Source: an uncultured cyanobacterium
GTDB lineage: Bacteria > Cyanobacteriota > Cyanobacteriia > Cyanobacteriales > CAWCAG01
NCBI GenBank assembly: GCA_963793425.1
Contig: CAWCAG010000005.1
Span: 320,001 to 384,000, forward strand
DNA length: 64,000 nt
Reading direction: 5' to 3'
Shown here: in pieces, positions 21,241-30,996 of the stretch
How positions within the stretch are numbered: position 1 is the first letter of the stretch
Layout of the letters: each line of letters opens with the position of its first letter
Made by a program: the position numbers and the translations under genes
The notes under the pieces: model-generated
Databases searched by the model: none
What the model was told of the DNA's origin: nothing
Seen by the model: the letters and a program-made list of their open reading frames with translations, nothing else

Positions 21241-21258
21241 TTTCTCTTGGTTTTAACT

Positions 21259-21290
21259 GAATAACCTGGATTTATAAATCCAGGTTATTC
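21259..21290. other. Perfect 32-bp palindrome
   Basis: gaataacctggattta|taaatccaggttattc. Confidence 0.85.
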
Positions 21291-21499
21291 TCCTAAAACC
21301 ACTTTACCCAAGCTTCGAGAATCTAATCTTTCACCTCACCAGAGATTTACCCCGCTCCCTGCTCCGGTACTGCCTTTTAAAAAAGTTTGTGGTATATTAT
21401 CTAAGGATGAAATTCGGCGACAGGGTTTGGTCATCAAGACATTAGATACATCTCTGCGATCCGAGGCTTTTCATTGATTCCGGTTCTGGAGATTTTAGG

Positions 21500-21790
21500 A
21501 TGTCAATTTATGTAGGTAACTTGCCTTATGAAGCAGGTCAAGAGGATGTCGAGACAGTATTTTCTGATTATGGAGAAGTTAAGCGAGTCACCATACCTAT
21601 GGATAGGGAAACGGGCCGAGTTCGCGGTTTTTGTTTTGTAGAGATGGGTGATGAAAGCGAAGAAAGCAAAGCAATTGAAGCTCTTGATGGTGCAGAGTGG
21701 ATGGGGCGAGAGCTAAAAGTTAATAAAGCCAGACCTCGTAAAGAAAGCGGCGGTGGTAGAGGGCGCAAAAGCTTTGATTCTGGTTGGTAG
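21500..21790 (+). CDS. rbp: RRM RNA-binding protein (cyanobacterial Rbp)
   Basis: RNP2 'IYVGNL', RNP1 'RGFCFVEM', Gly-rich tail. Confidence 0.95.
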   Translation: MSIYVGNLPYEAGQEDVETVFSDYGEVKRVTIPMDRETGRVRGFCFVEMGDESEESKAIEALDGAEWMGRELKVNKARPRKESGGGRGRKSFDSGW

Positions 21791-22126
21791 GTATAATATT
21801 TTTAATATTTTTCAACGAACATAATTTAATAGCCAGAGTCAAACAATCAACTAGTCTTTAGTCTTAAGTTGATTCCTAAGCTTGGCTTTTTCTGGCTATT
21901 TTGCTTAAATAGAAATCTCTTTTAGCAGCCAAGCGCTAAAATGAATGGTGTGTGATCGCTGATCACGCAGTTGCTTAGAAAAGAGTTGATTACCTTCAAA
22001 AAAGGTAGCTTGTTGCCTAAGCTTTAAGCTCCCTTAGTCATTTAGGGGAGTATTTAATTTTGTCTGTGGGCTACAATAGTCCAGAATTTTATGACGATAG
22101 ATATTTAAAGGAGTTGACTGAATAGT

Positions 22127-22303
22127 ATGACCCAAGTGGTTGTTGGTAAAAACGAAGAAATAGAATCGGCACTACGTCGATTTAAGCGTCAAGTATCAAA
22201 AGCAGGGGTTTTTGCTGATATTAAGCGTCGCCGTTATTTTGAAACCCCCATTGAAAAACGCAAGCGCAAAGCAGTAGCGCGGCGTAAGAAGCGTTTCCGT
22301 TAG
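22127..22303 (+). CDS. rpsU: 30S ribosomal protein S21 (absent from the ORF track)
   Basis: [64 protein letters not shown] upstream. Confidence 0.96.
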   Translation: MTQVVVGKNEEIESALRRFKRQVSKAGVFADIKRRRYFETPIEKRKRKAVARRKKRFR

Positions 22304-22352
22304 TAGAATCAAACTTTGGTATGACGATGATTCTGCTTTAGATAGTTGCAGT

Positions 22353-22385
22353 AAGAACCCAAAACACAATCGGTTTTGGGTTCTT
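22353..22385. terminator. Hairpin terminator between convergent genes
   Basis: aagaacccaaaac / gttttgggttctt inverted repeat. Confidence 0.75.
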
Positions 22386-22400
22386 CATGTTTTTTCATTA

Positions 22401-23174
22401 TCAAAGTCTTCTTTCTACCCTTAACATTCTTTGATAAGCAAGCCATCCTGCAACTACCATAACCAAAGCGAGAATAGCCAGGACAAGAAAATGGTGACGA
22501 ATAGCAGCTAGACCTTCTCCTTTAGCCCAAACTGCTACTAGAGCTTCATTCATATGAAAAATGGGGTTAAATTGAGCTATGTTTAATAACTTTTCAGGAA
22601 ACAATGAAGTAGGTAAAAAAGCACCACCCAAAATTAGCAAAGGCACTCCAAAAGTAGCTACCAAAGAGTTAACATCTTCTGTTCTTCTTGCCAACTGTGT
22701 ACCAAGAATAAAGCCAACACCTACATAGCTAATAATGCTCAAAAGAATGATGATCAGACCTAAAATAAGAGAGCCGGAAAATTCAGCGCCGAAAAAACTA
22801 GCTAAGCCATAAACTAAAATGCTTTGTCCTATGCCAATACAACTATGAGCCAGGAAAATTCCTAAAAAATAAGAAATACCGCTTAAGGGAGAAAGGAACA
22901 ACCTCTTAATTGTTTTCTGCTCTCTTTCTGCCACAACAGTAGCTACACTTCCCCCTAAACAGCTAAAAAACAAAGCAGCCCCTACTAAGCTAGAAGGGGC
23001 TGCAAATTTCATTGCTTCAGCAGTAGAAAGGTTCGCTCTTTCAGCTAAAATAAATCCGTTAAGTAGCAGCACAGAAATAGGAAAGATTACCCAAAAGACT
23101 AAACTCCGCCGCCGCCGCCATAATTCAGTAAGAATGCGTTGGGCAACGGCAAGACTTTCATACCAATATTTCAT
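22401..23174 (-). CDS. ABC-2 type transporter permease
   Basis: About six TM segments, 'VVAEREQKTIKRL', 'GGAFLP', 'FNPIFH'. Confidence 0.88.
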   Translation of the reverse strand: MKYWYESLAVAQRILTELWRRRRSLVFWVIFPISVLLLNGFILAERANLSTAEAMKFAAPSSLVGAALFFSCLGGSVATVVAEREQKTIKRLFLSPLSGISYFLGIFLAHSCIGIGQSILVYGLASFFGAEFSGSLILGLIIILLSIISYVGVGFILGTQLARRTEDVNSLVATFGVPLLILGGAFLPTSLFPEKLLNIAQFNPIFHMNEALVAVWAKGEGLAAIRHHFLVLAILALVMVVAGWLAYQRMLRVERRL

Positions 23175-23264
23175 ACTAGATCAGGGGGCAGGGAGCAGGG
23201 AGTAAACAATACAACTCAACTAATAGTAAAATAATTTTGTGCGACGACATAGAAGCAGAGGGCA

Positions 23265-23912
23265 TCAATGAGATAAGAGGACTTTTTTTTCAAGCTTACT
23301 AAGAGCTAAGTTTGCTCTAGCTTGTATAATAAGCTCAGAATCTTGGACAATTACCTGAGTTAAGTGAGCGCTAATTTCTTGGCTTATTTCTGGAGAGTTT
23401 GCATTTAAACTAAGAGATTCCAATCCTACTACTGCTCCGTAGCGCACTACCCATTCTACATCTTGACATACTTGCAACAATGTTTGTAGAACTTGGTTTT
23501 GTTTGCTTTGTACTTCCGTTGCCTCAACCTCAGACCATTCGATGATTCCCAAGCCCCTAGCCGCAGACCGTCTGACACTTTGAGAAAAATCACTCTTAGC
23601 AGCACTTAATAAGGTATCTAAAGCACGAGGATCACCAATAGCAGCTAAGGCACGAATAGCCCAAGCCCTTGCTCCATAATTATAGCCGTCTAACTGCTCT
23701 AATAAAGAAGGAACAGCTACTTTTCCTAATACGATTAAGCCTTCTACGGCGGCGACTGCTGCTCCTGGGTTATTGAAGCCCAAAACTTCGATGAGAGTAC
23801 CAATAGCCTCTTCATCACGAGCTTTTGCTAATGCTGCTACTGCTTTGAGTAAACCAAGGGCAGAGTCGGCTTGGTCTACATCTTTAATTAATTGAGAAAT
23901 ACTCTTATCCAT
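23265..23912 (-). CDS. cpcF: Phycocyanin alpha-subunit phycocyanobilin lyase CpcF
   Basis: HEAT repeats; 'GFNNPGAAVAAV', 'LDGYNYGARAW'; downstream of cpcE. Confidence 0.92.
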   Translation of the reverse strand: MDKSISQLIKDVDQADSALGLLKAVAALAKARDEEAIGTLIEVLGFNNPGAAVAAVEGLIVLGKVAVPSLLEQLDGYNYGARAWAIRALAAIGDPRALDTLLSAAKSDFSQSVRRSAARGLGIIEWSEVEATEVQSKQNQVLQTLLQVCQDVEWVVRYGAVVGLESLSLNANSPEISQEISAHLTQVIVQDSELIIQARANLALSKLEKKVLLSH

Positions 23913-23918
23913 AATTTT

Positions 23919-24752
23919 TTAAAGAAGCCTATCCATTAATTCCATAATTTGCAGACTCTCTGGGGATAATTCTCTAGCTTTTGAGTTGATGCTTTTTAAC
24001 TGAAATTCTAACAATCCTTTCAAAGAAATCAACTTGAGGCTATTTTCTGCTTTTGTTGCTGCGATCGCCTCTCCTGCGGGTAGGTAACCAATGGCTCCTA
24101 AGTCCATAAGAGCAGAGCGGCGTAGTTGTAGGTTATTTTCATCTAAAGCTTTAATCAGAAACTCTCCATAAAAAGGTGTTTCTGTAAGCTGGTACATCGC
24201 TCTAGCTGCGGCAAACCTTACTTTTGGTGCAAAATGTTCTAGAAAAGGCTTAATTAAATCTTGGGCTTCTAGAGCCTTGAGAGTACCTAATGCTTCTATA
24301 ATCGCTTCGTAGGGTTGGACTAAATGGGGTTTGCCAGGAAACTGTTGAGCAGCTTCTACTCCCCCGGAGAGTAGTTCCCTTAAATGAGGAATAGCAGTTT
24401 TAGCCCCTAACATTTCTAAAGCTTGGGCTGCTGCTTCCCGGACATAAAAATCAGGAGATGCTAAACATTTTATCAAGGGAAGTATCGCTTTTTCGTTTCC
24501 TAATTTACCTAATGCTCTTGCTGCATTACGTCGCAGAGGATAACCACCGTCAGGAGCGCGATCTTCTTCATCTTTTAAAGCTAGTAATAAAGCATCTATG
24601 GCTGTTTGGTCTTTTACGCGGAATCTACCTAACCACCAAGCAGCATAATAGCGTAGCCCTAAATCTTCTTTTTGAAGCAGGTTAGCGATAGCCTTTTCTA
24701 CGGTTAATTCTCCTCCAGAAGGAGCTTTTCTCTCAAAATCCTGTTCTTCCAT
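23919..24752 (-). CDS. cpcE: Phycocyanin alpha-subunit phycocyanobilin lyase CpcE
   Basis: 'RYYAAWWLG', 'DGGYPLRRNAARALG'. Confidence 0.95.
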   Translation of the reverse strand: MEEQDFERKAPSGGELTVEKAIANLLQKEDLGLRYYAAWWLGRFRVKDQTAIDALLLALKDEEDRAPDGGYPLRRNAARALGKLGNEKAILPLIKCLASPDFYVREAAAQALEMLGAKTAIPHLRELLSGGVEAAQQFPGKPHLVQPYEAIIEALGTLKALEAQDLIKPFLEHFAPKVRFAAARAMYQLTETPFYGEFLIKALDENNLQLRRSALMDLGAIGYLPAGEAIAATKAENSLKLISLKGLLEFQLKSINSKARELSPESLQIMELMDRLL

Positions 24753-24951
24753 TTCCCTTTTATTGGAGTACCGTTATCAAATGCTCCTTACTTCCCTATT
24801 CCCTACTCCCTTCTGCAAAACAATACCCGGAATGGTAAACAAATACTAGCAATTTACTGGTATCCGCATACCTTTCCGGGCATTACGCTTGAGTTAGCGA
24901 CTTAGTCACATTTTCTAACTATTTGCTGTTCAAATAGCTAGAATCGCCATC

Positions 24952-25440
24952 TTAGCTAAGAGCATTAATAGCGTAGTCGATGTAGGAGTTAGCTTCGACA
25001 GCAGGGTCACCACTTAAACCGTGATTAGCTTTGATGCTTTTGAGAGCTTCTACATACCAGCTAGGAGATAGGTCGAAGGTGCTGTTGATTTCAGCAATAC
25101 CAGCGATTAAATACTCATCCATGGGGCCTGTACCACCAGCAACCAAGCAGTAAGTTACCATGCGGAGGTAGTAACCGATGTCACGAGCGCACTTATCTTT
25201 ACCACGTTGGTCAGCAGCATAGTTAGCACCATCCATTTGGGTGGTGTAAGGAAACTTCTTGTAAACAGCTTGTGCTGCACTGCTAACGAGGCTATCAGCT
25301 TTGCTGGTTAGACCTTTAGCTGCTTCTATGCTAGCGCTTGCTTGGCGGAAACGACCAAAAGCAACTTGGATTTCGCTGCTGCTGAGGAAGCGGCCTTGAG
25401 CATCTGCAGTAGATACTGCTTCAGTTAGAGGGGTTTTCAT
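24952..25440 (-). CDS. cpcA: C-phycocyanin alpha subunit
   Basis: MKTPLTEAV..., '[11 protein letters not shown]', 162 aa. Confidence 0.98.
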   Translation of the reverse strand: MKTPLTEAVSTADAQGRFLSSSEIQVAFGRFRQASASIEAAKGLTSKADSLVSSAAQAVYKKFPYTTQMDGANYAADQRGKDKCARDIGYYLRMVTYCLVAGGTGPMDEYLIAGIAEINSTFDLSPSWYVEALKSIKANHGLSGDPAVEANSYIDYAINALS

Positions 25441-25529
25441 GTTTTAAGGTGTCTCCTTAAATTACTTTTGCAAAATTTCTTAAAGAACAGACAGTTGATT
25501 ACCCAGAATATTCAGGTAAGCAATTAATT

Positions 25530-26048
25530 TTAGCCAACAGCAGAAGCGGCACGGTCAAAGTAGCTGCCTACTTCAGACATTAAAGAACTACAATCACCAG
25601 ATGTTACGCCATTTTTGTCGTTAGCGATCGCAATAGCTGCATCTTTCATTTTGTTAACGCCTACTGCTACAGAGCTTCCAGGAGTTCCTAAAGCTTGATA
25701 GGTTTCACGCAAACCATTGAGGCAACGGTCTTCTAACACACTAGCGTCGCCGGAGAAGATAGCATAGGTTACATAACGGAGGATGATTTCCATATCACGC
25801 AAGCAAGCAGCCATGCGACGACTGGTGTAAGCATTTCCGCCAGGAGCAATTAGCTGAGGTTGTTCAGCAAATAAAGCACGGGCTGCATCGGTGACGATAG
25901 CGGAAGAGTTGCTGGTGATGCGGTTAACGGTGTCCATACGCTTGTTGCTTTCGCTAACCATTTGGCTAAGGGCATCTAACTGGTCGCCAGACAAGTATTC
26001 GCCTCTGGTATCTGCTTGGGAAACAACTTTTGTGAATGCGTCAAACAT
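25530..26048 (-). CDS. cpcB: C-phycocyanin beta subunit
   Basis: [13 protein letters not shown]..., '[16 protein letters not shown]', 'GDC', 172 aa. Confidence 0.98.
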   Translation of the reverse strand: MFDAFTKVVSQADTRGEYLSGDQLDALSQMVSESNKRMDTVNRITSNSSAIVTDAARALFAEQPQLIAPGGNAYTSRRMAACLRDMEIILRYVTYAIFSGDASVLEDRCLNGLRETYQALGTPGSSVAVGVNKMKDAAIAIANDKNGVTSGDCSSLMSEVGSYFDRAASAVG

Positions 26049-26407
26049 TTAATTGATCTCCTACTTTTAGTTTTAGTTAAGTTTGGTTGGTAATTAACCT
26101 TATTTTAAAGTTTTATCATTCAGCTTAGGTTGGCTGAATATAAACCTTGATCTCAACACCCATTATTTCAGTTCTTCTCAAAATCTGCTCGGATACTTTA
26201 AATTTCGTATCCTGGTAGCTTTTTAAAGAATTCTGAGAAAAGTCCACACTTTGTATGAGTGAAGTCAATAACATTATAAACGTTAGCTAGAACTCAGGTA
26301 TATCCTTTGTGTTTATACCCTACAGGTAACTTTTATACAACGCTATTGAGCTTTTATTTATTACACTTTATTAATTCTTTACCAACTGATTGTAACAAAA
26401 CTTAAAA

Positions 26408-26689
26408 CTAGCGCTCACAGATAGTTCCTGCTAATTTAGCTCCTGTTAAGATAGCTTCTCGCCATTTAATTCCAGCTAAGTTGGCATCTCTTAAGTCGGT
26501 ACAACTAAGATTTGCTCTTTGCAAATTGGCATAGGCTAAATTGGCTAAACTGAGGTTAGCTTGGCTAAGGTTGGCATTTTTTAATCGAGCCTTAATTAAA
26601 GTTGCCCCTCTCAAGTTAGCTTGGTTGAGATTGGCATTGCTTAGGTTAACTTTAGTTAAATTCGCACCTTGTAAATTAGCATTGCTCAA
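26408..26689 (-). pseudogene. Pentapeptide-repeat protein, probably a 5'-truncated remnant
   Basis: A[N/D]LxxA repeats only; TTG start inside the repeats, with an in-frame stop 12 codons upstream. Confidence 0.55.
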
Positions 26690-26714
26690 ATCAGAATCTT
26701 TAAGGGAGGAGAAC

Positions 26715-27521
26715 TTATTGGCTTATTTGTGGCTGCTGAAATTTATAAATATCTTCAATTAAATCAACCCAACCCTGAGCTAATGAAGCTAGTAAATAGT
26801 CTCCTTTTTGTTTTGTTGCTATGGTTGCATCCCCTAATACTCCTGTTTTCGTTAATTCTTTGGTTAGCCAGGCAAAAGGTAGTTTTCCTTCCATACTTAA
26901 AAGACTATTTTCTGGCAAGCCAACAGGATACTCTTGAATAGCTAGTTCCATTTTTACTTGTTCAGGTAAAATAGATAACATTAAACTAGTTTCCAAATCT
27001 CCTCCATGGATGCCATATTCCATTTCTTTTTCTGTCGTTAATTCTTGAGAAATATTAGGAACTTTCCAAATAAATAAAGGGAAAATTAGAAAATCTTGGT
27101 ATTGTTGATGAATATCCCTGGCTGCTATTTCGAGAATTTGAGGTTGTCCTCCATGGGAATTAACCAAAGCTAGTTTACGGAAACCCGCTTCATAAATACT
27201 GGCTGCCACTTCTTGTAAAACAGTTAATAAAGTTGTTGCACTCAGAGTAATTGTTCCTGGAAACCCTGTATGTTCGTTAGATTTACCATAATAAAGTGGG
27301 GGTAAACAATAAGCGGGAATTTCTGGCTTTAACTGTTCTAAAGCTTTACCAATCACAGCTACTCCGATAGCAGAGTCAACGATAATTGGTAAGTGGTGAC
27401 CATGTTGTTCAATAGAACCTATTGGTTGGATAATAACTGTATTCTTTTTATTCGGCAGATCCTGAATATTTTTCCAGGTAAGATAAGGGAAAAAACGTTG
27501 AGGAGGAATAAAGTTGTGCAT
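26715..27521 (-). CDS. Creatininase family protein
   Basis: 'GSIEQHGHHLP', 'SNEH..FPGT', 'NSHGG', 'HGG..ETS'. Confidence 0.92.
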   Translation of the reverse strand: MHNFIPPQRFFPYLTWKNIQDLPNKKNTVIIQPIGSIEQHGHHLPIIVDSAIGVAVIGKALEQLKPEIPAYCLPPLYYGKSNEHTGFPGTITLSATTLLTVLQEVAASIYEAGFRKLALVNSHGGQPQILEIAARDIHQQYQDFLIFPLFIWKVPNISQELTTEKEMEYGIHGGDLETSLMLSILPEQVKMELAIQEYPVGLPENSLLSMEGKLPFAWLTKELTKTGVLGDATIATKQKGDYLLASLAQGWVDLIEDIYKFQQPQISQ

Positions 27522-27528
27522 TTTTAAA

Positions 27529-28200
27529 TTATCTCAAAGTACTGTGTTTCATGATTACAATAGGAAAACCCCATAGCTTAGGATGAGGTTGGAAGAGATT
27601 GAAAATATTTTTAACAGGTTGAGACAAGTTGTGCCAGCTTATTTCCATAAAACCAAGCTGTGTGTAGAAATTGATCATTTTTGGCTTACAAGCTAAATAA
27701 AGAGGATGTGGTGATTCTTCAATCAACCGCATAATTAAAGAAGAAGCAATTTTCCTTTTCCGCCAAGCTGGTTTGACAAATAGGTAAGCTAGCTCTGAAC
27801 TATTAGTATAAATATTTAATAAAGCGCAGGCGACTAATTGAGAGTCCTTTTCTACTACCCAGTATTTTTGCCAAGTAGTCCCAATTCCCATAATTATGGC
27901 AGATGATAACTGTAGGGTATAAATACAGTTAAATAAAATAGCAGCAATAACTAATACTTTTACCAGCTCTCCATAAACAGGAATTGTCAAGCTACCAACT
28001 AAAAAGAAAGAGTAGGTGAGTAAGACAACTACAACTAAGCGATAAATAACTATTCTTAAATCTAACTCTAAGGCTTCAGTAAAAGTAAACTCCCAAATTA
28101 AACTTTGAATAGCTTCTTGATCACCATGACAAGCTGGTCTAATTAAAAATTCTGGTGGTACTTTGATAAAATCTTCTTGCATTCTTTTAATACAAGTCAA
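27529..28200 (-). CDS. GNAT N-acetyltransferase with an inserted TM hairpin
   Basis: 'LAYLFVKPAWRKRKIAS', 'FYTQLGF'. Confidence 0.8.
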   Translation of the reverse strand: MTCIKRMQEDFIKVPPEFLIRPACHGDQEAIQSLIWEFTFTEALELDLRIVIYRLVVVVLLTYSFFLVGSLTIPVYGELVKVLVIAAILFNCIYTLQLSSAIIMGIGTTWQKYWVVEKDSQLVACALLNIYTNSSELAYLFVKPAWRKRKIASSLIMRLIEESPHPLYLACKPKMINFYTQLGFMEISWHNLSQPVKNIFNLFQPHPKLWGFPIVIMKHSTLR

Positions 28201-28239
28201 GAGTTTTCGTTATCATAATTAGCGATGAGCAATGAGCAG

Positions 28240-29571
28240 TTACTCCTGCCATCCTCGCATTTTACCAGGATTAAGTAACCCAAAAGGATCAGCTAATTTT
28301 TTGAAATTTAGTTGTTGATTATCTATAGTCTTTTTACCACCATCTTCCAAAATATAGGTATGGGGATTAGCGATAAATACTCCTTGATTTTCGTGGTAAG
28401 TAATAATTTCTTGTAAGCGCTCTTCTGTTGTATAACGGACTAATTGTAGCCCTCCTGCTACCCCTCTACCTTGGGAGCGCATAAATTCTAGATGAATCAT
28501 AACTTCTTCACCGAAATGTTCGTACATTTGCTCCACTGATTTTAGTTGAGGATCGTAGGGAAAAACACTCTGTAAATAGGTTAAATCATGATCAGCACTA
28601 CGACCATGAAGAGTGGTATGATTCCAAGTGAATTCTGCTAAGCTGGTTCCTTTTTTCGCTTCTGTAGCAGATTTTTGATAGGTAATTTCTCCATGATATT
28701 CTGCTACTAAACTTTGTAAAGGTTCTAAACAGCTTTCGGCCACCATTAATAAGGCACAGTGTTCCCCATTAGGAAGATAATCTTGCAAAGGGGTAAAGTA
28801 GTTAGGAATTGGTGAAGCATGGATACTAATTAACTTTTTAATTAAACCATCTGCATCTGTCAAGGCCTGCCCAAACTTAGCTGCATCCATAAAGTTACTA
28901 AAAGTGACAATTATTTCTGCCCAAGGATAAGCTAAAGCAAGGGGAATTTCTAATTGAGTAATGATGCCATTTGTACCATAAGCGTGGTTGATTTTTTGAA
29001 CTTCATCTCCTCGTAGCTCTAAAATTCGTGGCTCCTTTTCTAAAGTAACCACCTTAACTGCCAAAACATTGCCGCGATCGCTTAATCCTCCATAATTAAC
29101 TGAACCAATTCCCCCACTACCACCACCAATAAACCCCCCAATCGTTGCTGTACGATAAGTAGATGGGTACATTCGCAACTCCCAACCAATCTCCCTTGCT
29201 TGCTTATCAAATGCCGCCAGTCGCACCCCTGGTTCAACCCAAGCAACTCCTGGTTTAAGGTCAACTATTTTGTTCATTTTCGTAGTATCAAGAACAACTC
29301 CTCCTTGCAAAGGAACACACTGTCCATAATTTCCTGTACCTGCTCCTCTTACAGTTAAAGGAACTCGATATTTGACACAAACTTTGGCTATTTGTATAAC
29401 TTCTTTTTCATTACTAGGACGTACTACGACATCTCCTCTTTTATCTTCTAACAGAGGTTGTAATACGGGGCTAAAATGATAGTAATCTAAAGAAAGTTTG
29501 GCAACGCTATCAGGTTCAGTAATAGTTTCAATGCCATCAAGTTCAGTAGTAAATTTATCCCAGTTAGTCAT
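28240..29571 (-). CDS. FAD-binding oxidoreductase (VAO/GlcD-like)
   Basis: 'RGAGTGNYG', 'ATIGG', C-terminal 'DPFGLLNPGK'. Confidence 0.92.
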   Translation of the reverse strand: MTNWDKFTTELDGIETITEPDSVAKLSLDYYHFSPVLQPLLEDKRGDVVVRPSNEKEVIQIAKVCVKYRVPLTVRGAGTGNYGQCVPLQGGVVLDTTKMNKIVDLKPGVAWVEPGVRLAAFDKQAREIGWELRMYPSTYRTATIGGFIGGGSGGIGSVNYGGLSDRGNVLAVKVVTLEKEPRILELRGDEVQKINHAYGTNGIITQLEIPLALAYPWAEIIVTFSNFMDAAKFGQALTDADGLIKKLISIHASPIPNYFTPLQDYLPNGEHCALLMVAESCLEPLQSLVAEYHGEITYQKSATEAKKGTSLAEFTWNHTTLHGRSADHDLTYLQSVFPYDPQLKSVEQMYEHFGEEVMIHLEFMRSQGRGVAGGLQLVRYTTEERLQEIITYHENQGVFIANPHTYILEDGGKKTIDNQQLNFKKLADPFGLLNPGKMRGWQE

Positions 29572-30310
29572 AAAAAAGTAACTTTAAATTTTGTGCTTAA
29601 TTATCTTGGCACTAATGTTAAACTACAAATAGTAAGAAGCGCTAATTTGGAGTTTAAGGCTATGGCTTCTCCCTTTCCAGGAATGGATCCTTATCTGGAA
29701 CATCCCAATTTCTGGCCAGAAGTACACAGTCGCTTAATTGTGGCGATCGCTGATGCTTTAGTTCCTCAAGTACGTCCTAAATACAAAGTTGCTATTGAAA
29801 AGCGCATCTACCAAATTACCAGTAACAACGATGATAATTCCTTATTAGTTGGTATTCCTGATGCTGCAGTTACACATCAATCTAATCTATCTAAAATTAA
29901 TGATTCTGATGTCGCAGTTACTTCTGTCAAGACAAAACCCGTCAAAGTTTTCATCCCAATGTTAGAAGAAATTAAACAAGCATATCTAGAAGTTAAGGAT
30001 TTGGCAACAGGCAAAGTAATTACGGCAATTGAAGTTCTTTCTCCGGTTAATAAACGTTCTGGCGAAGGAAGAGAAGCTTACCTCAAAAAGCGTCAGCAAA
30101 TTTTAGGAAGCTTAACTAATTTTGTAGAGATAGATTTGCTGAGAGGATGGCAAGCAATGCCAATCTTAAATAATGATATCAACGTAGATTACAGAGTTTT
30201 AGTTAGTCGTACACAACAGCGTCCTCGTGCTGACTTATATGCTTTCAATCTTCCTGAAGAGCTACCCACTTTTTCTTTGCCTTTATGTTCTGAAGATATA
30301 GAGCCATAAG

Positions 30311-30715
30311 TTATACAGACATTGACCCATGAAGATTAAAGCGAGCATTGATATCAAAATTCGTGAAGAATTGAGTTCTCGTAAAATTGAGTTCGATATT
30401 GATCATACTGGAAGAATCTTGGTACACGAATTTAGAATGGACCTAGCTGCAAAAATGGGTATGGCGTATGTTGCCCCACCCAAATCGGTGCCTGATGGTG
30501 TATTGCCGGAGGTTATTATTTCTGCTCCTTGGGTTTTTTGCGTATTTGTTGTGAATAATCGAGCAGTTATTATTGAGCTAGGAGTGTATGCAATTGAAGG
30601 TGAGATTAAGGACTACTATCACGATAGGCGAGCTGTATAACAAATCGATGCAGTTGTCCCGATATGTGTCTTCACTTCGCATCAGCGCCGCACAGCGGGC
30701 AGCTGATCTCAATCG
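30311..30715 (+). mobile_element. Solitary integron gene cassette (405 bp)
   Basis: Begins G|TTATAC, the exact reverse complement of the inverse core GTATAAC at 30635-30641; contains one ORF plus an attC; ends G|TTGATT. Confidence 0.88.
30329..30640 (+). CDS. Hypothetical cassette-encoded protein (103 aa)
   Basis: ATG 18 nt after the core site; TAA lies inside the attC inverse core. Confidence 0.75.
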   Translation: MKIKASIDIKIREELSSRKIEFDIDHTGRILVHEFRMDLAAKMGMAYVAPPKSVPDGVLPEVIISAPWVFCVFVVNNRAVIIELGVYAIEGEIKDYYHDRRAV

Positions 30716-30721
30716 TTGATT
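30635..30721 (+). other. attC recombination site
   Basis: R'' GTATAAC, 5-nt spacer, GAT(G)CAGTTG(T)CCCG pairing with CGGGCAGCTGATC leaving extra G and T, 6-nt spacer, R' GTTGATT. Confidence 0.88.
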
Positions 30722-30996
30722 TGCAAGTAATATTTAACTAAGTTTATGAGAGGACAGGTTATGATTATCAAATTGATTATACATCTGAAACTTCACCTCC
30801 TTTAACCGATAATTATCAAGCTTGGACAACAAAGATTTGACAACATAGCAATGAAGCGATCTAGATTTTCTCAAATTGCTAAGCTGTGGAATAAAAAACA
30901 TTTTAGTTAACGATAGTCATTATGAGTCAAAATTGGTATGAAATTTGGATTAATGAATCCAACAGAAATTCCTTATGTAATGATAAATAATGATAA

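Larger units (their letters stand above)
29662..30840 (+). pseudogene. DUF4058-family gene interrupted by an integron cassette; 3' remnant at 30715-30840
   Basis: 'MASPFPGMDPYLEHP', 'IEVLSPVNK', 'VEIDLLR'; C-terminus VDLQVIFN*VYERTGYDYQIDY resumes at GTT 30715. Confidence 0.85.

Noticed and set aside
21791..22126. Possible ncRNA between rbp and rpsU (several hairpins)
   Set aside because: No RNA family recognised; the hairpins are explicable as terminator or UTR structure and would need an Rfam search
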